The position numbers and the translations under genes are program-made. A DNA stretch of 64,000 bases. Origin: Bacillota bacterium. Lineage in GTDB: Bacteria > Bacillota_I > Bacilli_A > RF39 > UBA660. Each line of letters opens with the position of its first letter. Positions within the stretch are counted from its first letter, which is position 1. The notes under the pieces are model-generated. The model saw nothing but the letters and a program-made list of their open reading frames with translations, had not been told where the DNA came from and did no database searches. The stretch is taken from assembly GCA_015059495.1 (NCBI GenBank), contig SVAI01000001.1, forward strand, positions 565,525-629,524, given 5' to 3'. Shown piece by piece: positions 1-8,146 of the stretch.

Positions 1-335
1 TTATTGGTATTAATATCTTTAAATATTAAATCACTCTTAGATATTATTAATGTTTTATTATTCTTAATTCTTTTAAATGTATTAATAGTATTATCACTAA
101 TATTTAAAAAGTCTACTAAAAAGAATACATAAGAATTACTACTATTAACTTTATTAATAATATCATCTATTGATAAAGATACTTCATCATTAATAACTTG
201 ATTATAGTTTTTTAATTTAAAACATCTTTGGCAATATCTAGCTCCTTCATCATATTTTCTTTTTAATATATATCCTTCTTTATTTTCATCAGTATATTGA
301 AGTACTACTCCACATCCCAAACACTTAGTTTCCAT
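1..335 (-). CDS. yqeH: Ribosome-biogenesis GTPase YqeH, N-terminal part only (gene continues past the window start)
   Basis: Reverse translation from 335 gives METKCLGCGVVLQYTDENKEGY..., a CxxC zinc-finger N-terminus typical of YqeH. It lies immediately downstream of yqeG, as in the conserved yqeG-yqeH operon. Confidence 0.55.
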   Translation of the reverse strand, partial: METKCLGCGVVLQYTDENKEGYILKRKYDEGARYCQRCFKLKNYNQVINDEVSLSIDDIINKVNSSNSYVFFLVDFLNISDNTINTFKRIKNNKTLIISKSDLIFKDINTN

Positions 336-849
336 AGTACTTACCCTCTTCATATACACCCTTTTTCTTTAAATTATTTAATATCATCTTTTCAAACTTT
401 CTATTAATCTTAGTTAAGAATCTATCTTCAGGTGTTAAACTATCTACAAATATAGATGTAATACCACTTCTATTAGCACCAAATACATCCGTTAATATTT
501 GATCACCAACTGCAGCTACTTCACTAAAATCATAATGAAATAACTTCAATATCTTTTTATATTTAATTCTTAATGGTTTAAAAGAACTACAACAAGAATC
601 AACATTTAATTCTTCTTTAAATGGTGCTACTCTAGATCTTCTACTATTAGATATAATAATTACTTTAATATTTAAATCATCTAAATATGCAAATAACTCT
701 TTAATATCTTTATTAGGTTTTAATTCTTTTAAAGGTGCAATAGTATTATCTAAATCAAATAATATACATTTAATACCATCTTTTTTTAATTTCTTATAAT
801 TAATTTCAAATATATTTTTAACATATATATCAGGTATAAAATTATTCAT
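325..849 (-). CDS. yqeG: HAD-family phosphatase YqeG
   Basis: The 174-aa ORF carries the FDLDNT HAD motif I. IPDIYVKNIFEINYKKLKKDGIKCILFDLDNTIAPL aligns with the B. subtilis YqeG N-terminus, and the GDQILTDV motif is present. Confidence 0.75.
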   Translation of the reverse strand: MNNFIPDIYVKNIFEINYKKLKKDGIKCILFDLDNTIAPLKELKPNKDIKELFAYLDDLNIKVIIISNSRRSRVAPFKEELNVDSCCSSFKPLRIKYKKILKLFHYDFSEVAAVGDQILTDVFGANRSGITSIFVDSLTPEDRFLTKINRKFEKMILNNLKKKGVYEEGKYYGN

Positions 850-861
850 ATATTACCTCCT

Positions 862-1425
862 TTAATTAATACATTCAGCTCCTTTAGCTTTAGTTAATAA
901 TTCATCACAATTCTTATCATAACATAAGAACTTATTCTTATAATATAATTCAGTATTATTATCTAATTTTAATGTATTATTTTCTATTGTATAATTACCC
1001 TTAATTTCAGTAGCATTTAATTCATTTAAATCTTTATCTAAAATAAATGAATCTCTTTTAATAACTAATTTATCTAATACAGTATTTAAACTAGTAAACT
1101 TAATATCTCTAACACCCTTATATGTTTTTAAAGTATTTTGATATTCTTCAATATTATCTTCATTTTTATAATATATAGTAACCATCTTAGATGCTTCCTC
1201 TATTTTATCAATAACATCAAATGATTTTAAATTCTCTATAGTCTTAACATAATCAGTTATTTTATATAGATTATCTTCACTAATATCATAATCTAAGATA
1301 ACTAAACTAGTTGCAACATCACTATATCTACACCATGTACCTTGAAACTTTGAAGCACATCCTGATACTAAACCAACCATCATTATAAGTAATAATATTT
1401 TTATTCTTTTCACACCTATCACCAT
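862..1425 (-). CDS. Putative lipoprotein
   Basis: Signal peptide with a lipobox (LVSGC) followed by a hydrophilic N/K-rich body. Confidence 0.45.
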   Translation of the reverse strand: MVIGVKRIKILLLIMMVGLVSGCASKFQGTWCRYSDVATSLVILDYDISEDNLYKITDYVKTIENLKSFDVIDKIEEASKMVTIYYKNEDNIEEYQNTLKTYKGVRDIKFTSLNTVLDKLVIKRDSFILDKDLNELNATEIKGNYTIENNTLKLDNNTELYYKNKFLCYDKNCDELLTKAKGAECIN

Positions 1426-1479
1426 ATATATTTTATCATGAAATACTAATATTTTAAATAAAATTTATTAGGTGATTAT

Positions 1480-2172
1480 ATGTTACATTTACTATCTATT
1501 ATTATTCAAAATATATTCTTTTTAACTGGTAGTTATTCCAATAGTGTATTTAAAGATGTATTAAGTAAAGAAGAAGAATCTAATCTTATAGATCAAATGT
1601 TAAATAATAATAAAGATGCTAGGAATAAATTAATAGAACATAACTTAAGATTAGTAGCACATATAGTTAAAAAATATGAAAGTATAAATTATGATTCAGA
1701 TGATTTAATTGGTATTGGTACCATTGGGTTAATTAAAGGAATAGATTCATATACTAAAGAAAAAGAAACAAGAATAACTACCTATGTGGCAAGATGTATT
1801 GAAAATGAAATACTAATGCACTTTAGGCAAAATAAAAAACATCAAAATAATGTATCTTTAGATGACTCAATAGGATTTGATAAAGATGGTAATTCAATTA
1901 ACTTAATAGATGTTTTAGAAGATAATAATAAATCTTTAGAAGAAACAGTTAATCTAATTCAGAATATTGAATTATTAAATAAATATATAAATAAACTAAA
2001 TAAAAGAGAAAAAGAAATAATATCTAAAAGATATGGATTAAATAATACTAAAGAAATGACTCAAAAAGATATTGCAGATGAATTAAATATATCCAGAAGT
2101 TATGTATCTAGAATAGAAAAAAGAGCAATAACTAAATTATTAAAATATTTTATTAAAGACAAAAAGATTTAA
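1480..2172 (+). CDS. sigK: Sporulation sigma factor K (pro-sigma-K), uninterrupted
   Basis: LIEHNLRLVAHIVKKY, IGTIGLIKGIDSY, CIENEILMH, VSLDDSIGFDKDGNSINLIDVL and ISRSYVSRIEKRA match B. subtilis SigK nearly residue for residue, and SigK better than SigE. An N-terminal pro-sequence is present. A RBS (aggtga) lies upstream. Confidence 0.8.
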   Translation: MLHLLSIIIQNIFFLTGSYSNSVFKDVLSKEEESNLIDQMLNNNKDARNKLIEHNLRLVAHIVKKYESINYDSDDLIGIGTIGLIKGIDSYTKEKETRITTYVARCIENEILMHFRQNKKHQNNVSLDDSIGFDKDGNSINLIDVLEDNNKSLEETVNLIQNIELLNKYINKLNKREKEIISKRYGLNNTKEMTQKDIADELNISRSYVSRIEKRAITKLLKYFIKDKKI

Positions 2173-2204
2173 TGATATAATATCTATGGAAAGAAGTACA
2201 TGAA

Positions 2205-2390
2205 ATGACAGACATACGTAGAGTAACTAAAATTGAAGAAGTTAATATTAATTTTGGTTATCTAAATTTAAATAATAAAAAAGAAAATAATCCTAATAAT
2301 AAGAATTATTATGGAGATTTTAAAAAAGAATTAGAACTAGCTAAAAAAGATATATTAATTAGAAAAAGAAAAAAAGAAAATAGCAATTAA
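2205..2390 (+). CDS. Small hypothetical K/N-rich protein (61 aa)
   Basis: ORF only. It sits between the sigK stop and the bidirectional terminator. The RBS is weak. Confidence 0.25.
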   Translation: MTDIRRVTKIEEVNINFGYLNLNNKKENNPNNKNYYGDFKKELELAKKDILIRKRKKENSN

Positions 2391-2406
2391 ATTGCTATTT
2401 TTTTAA
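2378..2406. terminator. Bidirectional rho-independent terminator between the sigK-side transcript (+) and divIVA (-)
   Basis: Hairpin aatagcaatt/aattgctatt flanked by an A-run on one side and a T-run on the other. Confidence 0.5.
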
Positions 2407-2840
2407 TAATCTATATCCATAGTTTCAATTAATTCTTTTTGTTCATCTATAGCTTGAGTAACTTTTCTCTTATATATTTCTACTCTACGTCTTAGTGTTT
2501 GGGCATCACTTTCAGCTTTCTCAGCTTTAATTAAAGCATCATTAATTATTCTAGATGCACTTCTTCTTGCATCATTAATAATTGATTGTGCTTCTTCAGT
2601 TGTAGTCTTTCTAATTTGATGTGCAGTATCATTAGCAATTACTATTGCTTTATTTAATGTACTTTCCATATTCTTATACTTAACTAAATCATCTTGTAAT
2701 CTTTGTATTTCCTGATCAGCTACTTTTAATTTATTTAGAATATCTTCATAATTCTTTGTGACATCAGAAACAAATTTATTAACTTCATTTTTATCGTAAC
2801 CTGCAAATGCTGTATTAAATTTTTTCATATGCCCTATCAC
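2403..2840 (-). CDS. divIVA: DivIVA-domain cell-division protein
   Basis: N-terminal FxGYDxxEVxxFV DivIVA motif (FAGYDKNEVNKFV) followed by a coiled-coil. The start may be the second Met (MKKF...). Confidence 0.7.
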   Translation of the reverse strand: MIGHMKKFNTAFAGYDKNEVNKFVSDVTKNYEDILNKLKVADQEIQRLQDDLVKYKNMESTLNKAIVIANDTAHQIRKTTTEEAQSIINDARRSASRIINDALIKAEKAESDAQTLRRRVEIYKRKVTQAIDEQKELIETMDIDY

Positions 2841-2869
2841 CCACTAACTATAAACTTAACTTTAATTAA

Positions 2870-3271
2870 TTACCATTCTACTTCGTCTTCAACATTATCT
2901 TTTGACTTATCATTTTCTTCTGTTATCTTACCTTGAACAGATACGTTATTTGGTGCACATAAGTAAATACCAACACCAACCTTTTGCATTGTACCACCAA
3001 TGGCATAAATACAACCAGATAAGAAATCAATAATTCTCTTTGCTTGATCAGAAGTAACTCTCTTTAAGTTAACTACTACACTATTTCTATTTTTTAAATG
3101 ATCAGCAATTTGTTGTGATTCAGAGTAAGCTCTTGGTTCTAATAGAATCATTTCACTTCCCTTTTCTACATCTTCTTTTGGAACTTTATAGAATTCATCT
3201 TCTTTAGTTTGGTCTCTATCATCTCCACCAAGTCCAAAAAAATCTCCAATTTTCTTTTTAGTATTAGCCAT
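2870..3271 (-). CDS. sepF: Cell division protein SepF
   Basis: The C-terminal region (VVVNLKRV..AKRIIDFLSGCIYAIGGTMQKVG..IYLCAPNNV) is SepF-like. The start was moved to MANTKK, which has an AGGAGA RBS. The track ORF extends about 21 codons further upstream. Confidence 0.75.
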   Translation of the reverse strand: MANTKKKIGDFFGLGGDDRDQTKEDEFYKVPKEDVEKGSEMILLEPRAYSESQQIADHLKNRNSVVVNLKRVTSDQAKRIIDFLSGCIYAIGGTMQKVGVGIYLCAPNNVSVQGKITEENDKSKDNVEDEVEW

Positions 3272-3334
3272 AATAAAAACTCTCCTATTCTTAACAATAA
3301 TTATATCTAATATTAAATAATTTTTCAATAACAA

Positions 3335-5218
3335 TTAACTAGTTTTTAAAGTGAAGTATCCTGGCTTACCACTTGCAGGATCATCAACACGCGCGTATTC
3401 TATATCAGTATGATTAGAATCATATGTTGTACCAGCACCTCCGACTAATTCTGGACAATTATTTAAAATATTGTCACTTCTTGTTACTTTTGATGTATCC
3501 CATTTATTACCAACATATATTGTCTTAAAACTTGTAGAATCTTTAAACATTTCAAGCATACTTGTTACGTTTGATGTGTCAAAACTACTCAAATCTAAAC
3601 TTGTTAGGTTAAGCATCCCATTAAACATACAATACATATCAGTTACTTTTGATGTATCAAAATTGGTTATATCCAAACGCTTTAAATTTTCCATTCCAGA
3701 AAACATACCTTGCATATTTGTTACATTTGATGTATCAAAATTGCTTAAATCTAAATTACCTAAACTAGTCGCACCTGCAAACATATGATTCATATTAGTA
3801 ACTCTTGATGTATCAAAATTACTAACATCTATTTCTCTTAAATTATGCATAGCATAAAATAAATAACCTAAGTTTTCAACTTTAGAAGTATCAAAATTGC
3901 TAACATCCAAATACGCTAACTTGCTCAATCCGTTAAACATCGAATCAATTATTTCTACATTTGATGTGTCAAAATGACTTACATCTAAGGTTTCTAAACT
4001 CCAATCCCAATAAAACATACTTGACATGTCAGTTACATTAGATGTATCAAAAGTATTAATATATAGGTTTACTAGATTATTCATTTCAGAAAACATGCCC
4101 TTCATATTAACTACTTTTGAAGTATTAAATCCAGTTAAATCTAAATCAATTATACCTTTCATATCATAAAACATCCATGACATATCTGTTACATTTGATG
4201 TATCAAAAGTACTTACATCAATTTCATTCAATTCTATCATTAAAGAAAACATGTATGACATATTTGTTACGTTTGATGTATTAAAGGAGCTAATATTTAA
4301 ATCTGTTATACTTCGTACATAATAAAACATATATGACATATCTGTTACTTTTGAAGTATCAAAATGACTTAAATCTATAGATAGTACTTTATCAAAATGT
4401 TCAAACATATACGATGAATCTATATTCATGTATATTTTATTTAATTCACTATTTATATAAATAGTTCCATCTTTAAACCACGCATATATTGGAGTATTAG
4501 TACCTTCCACTGCCAAATTAACTGCGTTATCATTTTCTTGGGGTGCATTTTCACTCCATTCAATTGATGTTATTGTTGTATTTCTAGTCCAATAGTTTGG
4601 ATTACCACCATCAGCTAGCGTTTTAAGCGCGACATTAAAATTTTGACCAGATATTAATGTACCTTCAGCATATTGTTTTCTAACAGTTGCTTTAACACTA
4701 ATCTTAGATGTATAAGATTTATTTTCTACATCTTCTTGAGTTGCATTTTCATTTACCCATAGTCTTAAGATATATGTTTTTTCTCCGTTAACTGCTAATG
4801 TATCTTCATATAGCATTACTGCACTTCTTGCATCATCTATAGTTGGTTCAACACTTTCAGCTGTATTATATTCTGTTATATGTCCATTTAAATCTGCTTT
4901 AATAAATGATTCATCTATTGTAGATGTATTTAATGTTTCTAAATTTATTTGAAAATCTGCTGGATGATTACATATATTTTTAATCGTAAATGTATATGGT
5001 GTGGTTTGCACTCCATCACCATCTCTCATTGGAAATGATGCAGCAAGTCCAATTGGATTGCTATCAGTTAATGTTAACTCAAAACAATCAGCTTGAACTA
5101 CATTAGTACTCTCTTGAGACACATTAAAAACCCAAAGGGCATAAGAAGAACTTAACATTAAAGATAATGCTAATAAAATACCAATAACTAATAATGTTAT
5201 TTTATGGTTCTTTTTCAT
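3335..5218 (-). CDS. Secreted DUF285/BspA-like repeat protein with a SipW-type signal and TasA-like N-terminal domain
   Basis: Starts MKKNHKITLLVIGILLALSLMLSSSYALWVF, followed by a domain of about 150 aa with TFTIKNICN...LRLWVNENA. This is followed by more than 12 tandem repeats of about 22 aa (L-D-L/V-S-x-F-D-T-S-x-V-T-x-M-x-x-M-F) and a C-terminus GGAGTTYD...YARVDD...PGYFTLKT. The track ORF uses a TTG start 13 codons upstream. The MKK start has an AGGAGA RBS. Confidence 0.7.
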   Translation of the reverse strand: MKKNHKITLLVIGILLALSLMLSSSYALWVFNVSQESTNVVQADCFELTLTDSNPIGLAASFPMRDGDGVQTTPYTFTIKNICNHPADFQINLETLNTSTIDESFIKADLNGHITEYNTAESVEPTIDDARSAVMLYEDTLAVNGEKTYILRLWVNENATQEDVENKSYTSKISVKATVRKQYAEGTLISGQNFNVALKTLADGGNPNYWTRNTTITSIEWSENAPQENDNAVNLAVEGTNTPIYAWFKDGTIYINSELNKIYMNIDSSYMFEHFDKVLSIDLSHFDTSKVTDMSYMFYYVRSITDLNISSFNTSNVTNMSYMFSLMIELNEIDVSTFDTSNVTDMSWMFYDMKGIIDLDLTGFNTSKVVNMKGMFSEMNNLVNLYINTFDTSNVTDMSSMFYWDWSLETLDVSHFDTSNVEIIDSMFNGLSKLAYLDVSNFDTSKVENLGYLFYAMHNLREIDVSNFDTSRVTNMNHMFAGATSLGNLDLSNFDTSNVTNMQGMFSGMENLKRLDITNFDTSKVTDMYCMFNGMLNLTSLDLSSFDTSNVTSMLEMFKDSTSFKTIYVGNKWDTSKVTRSDNILNNCPELVGGAGTTYDSNHTDIEYARVDDPASGKPGYFTLKTS

Positions 5219-5280
5219 TTTAAGTCTCCTACTATTACTAAATAAATGATACCACAAATTTAAAAATAAAAAAAGATGAA

Positions 5281-6558
5281 TTATTTAACTAATTCACCTA
5301 TTACATATTCTTTTTCTATACTAGTTATTTTTACTTTATAAAATTCATTTCTATTTAAAGTACCATCTATTTCCACTTTAATATAATTAGATGTATGTCC
5401 TATAGATTTACCATCTATATTTTCTTCTACTAATACTTCTAATTCTTTACCTAAGAATTTAGAATAATATTCTTTTTCTAATTCATCAGATACTTCAATT
5501 AATTTCTTAGCTCTAGCTTTCTTAACACTTTCTTGTACTTGTCCATCCATTATACTAGCTTTAGTACCATCTCTTTTAGAAAATGGAAATACATGTACTT
5601 TAGAGAATTTAACTTTATTTACATAATCTAATACTTCATTAAAATCTTCGTCACTCTCTTGAGGAAATCCTACTATTACATCAGTAGTAATACTAATATC
5701 AGGTCTAACGTTTCTTATTTTATTAATAGTATTTAAATATTCTTCACAAGTATATTTTCTATTCATTAATTTTAATATTTTATTAGATCCACTTTGTAAT
5801 GATATATGTAGATGATCACATATCTTATCATTATTCTTTAAACATTCAATAAACTTATCATCTAAATCAAATGTATCTATTGAAGATAATCTAATTCTTT
5901 TTAATCCTTCAATTTTAACTAATTCATTTAAAAGGTCAGTTAAATCATAATTCTTATCTTTACCATATGAACCAGTATCTATACCAGTTAATACTATTTC
6001 TTTATGTCCATTATTAACTAAGATATTAGCTTCTTCAATAACTTTAGACATATCTTTACTTCTAATATTACCTCTCATAAAAGGAATAATACAATAAGCA
6101 CAGAAGTTATTACATCCATCTTGGATTTTAATATATGCTCTAGTTTGATTAGTAAACTTCTCTACTTCCATATCTTCAAATTCTAGTTTTCTTGAATTAA
6201 TAAAATTAATATACTTTTCATTAGTATTCTTATAATCTTCTATTAAATCAACTATATTAGATTTACCATTATTACCTATTAATATATCTATATCTAAATT
6301 ACTTAATTCTTCTTTTTTATTTTGAGCAGAACATCCACATACTACCATAATAGCATTAGGATTTTCTCTTTTATTATAATTAATTAATTTTCTAGATTTA
6401 GCATCAGCCATATTTGTAACTGAACAAGTATTAATAATAACAACATCTGCGTTATTATCTAAAGTTTCTTCATAATTACTTGCAATTAACTTTTCTCTCA
6501 TCATTTCAGATTCATAAGTATTAACTTTACAACCTAATGTTACAATTTTAAATTTCAT
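5281..6558 (-). CDS. mtaB: Radical-SAM methylthiotransferase of the MiaB family (MtaB/RimO-like)
   Basis: N-terminal MTTase domain (KIVTLGCKVNTYESE), radical-SAM CxxxCxxC (CNNFCAYCIIP) and a C-terminal TRAM-like region. Size 425 aa. Confidence 0.75.
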   Translation of the reverse strand: MKFKIVTLGCKVNTYESEMMREKLIASNYEETLDNNADVVIINTCSVTNMADAKSRKLINYNKRENPNAIMVVCGCSAQNKKEELSNLDIDILIGNNGKSNIVDLIEDYKNTNEKYINFINSRKLEFEDMEVEKFTNQTRAYIKIQDGCNNFCAYCIIPFMRGNIRSKDMSKVIEEANILVNNGHKEIVLTGIDTGSYGKDKNYDLTDLLNELVKIEGLKRIRLSSIDTFDLDDKFIECLKNNDKICDHLHISLQSGSNKILKLMNRKYTCEEYLNTINKIRNVRPDISITTDVIVGFPQESDEDFNEVLDYVNKVKFSKVHVFPFSKRDGTKASIMDGQVQESVKKARAKKLIEVSDELEKEYYSKFLGKELEVLVEENIDGKSIGHTSNYIKVEIDGTLNRNEFYKVKITSIEKEYVIGELVK

Positions 6559-6654
6559 AATAATCACTTCTTTAAACCATAGGTATTATATCTTATTTTC
6601 TAATAAATTAAAAGATATATTGACTTTTATATTTGTATTATGTTATAAATTAAT

Positions 6655-6760
6655 TGAGGACGACATCCAAACAATAATACTGTTCAGGTGTTGTGCCAAG
6701 TTGTGTTTAGCACTCACTGACCAAAACCCCCAAAGGTTAAATCAGTGAGTGCTTTTTTTA
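6655..6760 (+). ncRNA. Putative small non-coding RNA ending in a rho-independent terminator (candidate antitoxin/antisense RNA)
   Basis: Plus-strand promoter-like TTGACT-17/18-TGtTATAAA at 6620-6649. The element has no ATG-initiated ORF. The stretch is unusually GC-rich for this genome. It ends in the hairpin gcactcactga...tcagtgagtgc plus T7 at 6706-6759. Confidence 0.3.
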
Positions 6761-6838
6761 TTTATAAATTATAATTCCTAATAAGGTAAAAATAACAACA
6801 AATAATAAGATTATTACAAAGTAAACTTTATTACTCAT
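6758..6838 (-). CDS. 26-aa hydrophobic peptide MSNKVYFVIILLFVVIFTLLGIIIYK (candidate type I toxin or leader peptide)
   Basis: A near-perfect SD (AAGGAGGG) lies 7 nt upstream of the ATG. A minus-strand promoter TTGTCT-17-TGaTATAAG sits at 6911-6939. The single predicted TM helix ends in YK. The ORF is too short to appear in the ORF track. Confidence 0.4.
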   Translation of the reverse strand: MSNKVYFVIILLFVVIFTLLGIIIYK

Positions 6839-7061
6839 GATTATCCCTCCTTCCTTTTAAAGAAAGGCACAAGCACACCTGATTTGTATTACATCGGATG
6901 CGTCTTTTTCCTTATATCACAAGTAATAACAAAAGACAAATTTCAAATATTAATCAAAAAACATACAAAAATTTAATTATTAATAAACAAAAAATGATTT
7001 ATTGATATTAATAAATCTTAATAAATATTTTATTGAGTATATTTTCATTCAAAAAATATAA

Positions 7062-7094
7062 TAAAAAAAAGTGTATTTTTTACACTTTTTTACG
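7062..7094 (-). terminator. Rho-independent terminator downstream of mraY
   Basis: On the minus strand, hairpin aaaagtgtaaaaaatacactttt followed by a U-run. It lies directly after the mraY stop. Confidence 0.55.
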
Positions 7095-8084
7095 TTATAA
7101 CCAAACTCCGTATGTAATCATAAGCATTGCTAGTATTAAACCAACAACCCAGAATGTTTTAACAATATCAGTTTCTTGCCATCCAAGTTCTTCAAAATGA
7201 TGATGTAATGGAGCTTTTTTAAATACTCTCTTATGGAACTTTCTAATAGCAATAATTTGAATTAATGTAGATAATGTTTCAATAACAAATACTCCACCAA
7301 TAACTGCTAAAGAAATTTCATGTCTTGTTAGTATTGCAATAGCAGCTAATGTTGCACCAAGTGCCATTGAGCCAGTATCACCCATAAATACTTTAGCTGG
7401 ATGAGAATTAAATAATAAGAAACCTAATAATGATCCAACTAATATAAATGAGAATATAGCAATTTCAGTATAACCGGCAAGCCAAGATGTTGACCAAGCA
7501 ATAATACCATATGCTGCAAATGCTATCGCAGATAAACCACCTGCTAAACCATCTAAACCATCAGTTATATTAACAGCATTTGATGATCCAACAAGTAAGA
7601 ATAAAATAAATAAACCATAAGTCCATCCTAAATTTAAATGTAAATTTAAGAATGTAATATCAATAGTAGGTTTACCACCATCTTTAACATATATGTAGAA
7701 GAATACTAATGCTATTAAAGTTTGAATTAATAACTTTAACATTCTAGATAAACCTTTATTATTTTTATATCTAACCTTTAAATAATCATCTGCAAATCCT
7801 AAAGCACCATATGATAAGAATACTACAAGTACTATTAAGATATTTGATGTTATTTCTAAACTACCATATAACCATAAACATATAATAGCAAGTATAGTTC
7901 CAATAATAAATATGAAACCACCCATTGTTGGTGTACCTTCTTTTTTCAAATGTTTTTCTAATGAATGACTAACTTGTTGTCCTACACCTATTCTTTTCAT
8001 ACAAGGAATAAATATTATTCCAACAACCATTGATATAATAAAACCTAACATTAATGATAATGCTGACTTAGCTAATATTAACAT
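7095..8084 (-). CDS. mraY: Phospho-N-acetylmuramoyl-pentapeptide transferase MraY
   Basis: Multi-TM protein with the conserved MraY blocks (GTPTMGG, DDYLKV, NAVNITDGLDGLA, MGDTGSMALG, HHHFE). Confidence 0.9.
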   Translation of the reverse strand: MLILAKSALSLMLGFIISMVVGIIFIPCMKRIGVGQQVSHSLEKHLKKEGTPTMGGFIFIIGTILAIICLWLYGSLEITSNILIVLVVFLSYGALGFADDYLKVRYKNNKGLSRMLKLLIQTLIALVFFYIYVKDGGKPTIDITFLNLHLNLGWTYGLFILFLLVGSSNAVNITDGLDGLAGGLSAIAFAAYGIIAWSTSWLAGYTEIAIFSFILVGSLLGFLLFNSHPAKVFMGDTGSMALGATLAAIAILTRHEISLAVIGGVFVIETLSTLIQIIAIRKFHKRVFKKAPLHHHFEELGWQETDIVKTFWVVGLILAMLMITYGVWL

Positions 8085-8146
8085 TTAAGTTCCTCCTAAC
8101 TGTAAATTAATTATACTACAGAATTACTTCTTAAGCATTAATTTTA

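Noticed and set aside
1426-1479. Attempt to call a sigma-E or sigma-K type promoter upstream of sigK.
   Set aside because: Only weak partial matches (catgaaat) are present. This is not enough to call a sporulation promoter from sequence alone.
3471-3788. Plus-strand ORF (105 aa) inside the DUF285 gene. Similar antisense ORFs occur at 43553-43747 and 46365-46613.
   Set aside because: These are antisense translations of the tandem 22-aa repeat DNA, which is itself periodic (…VTFDVSKL… repeats). They have no RBS and are fully embedded in strongly supported minus-strand genes.
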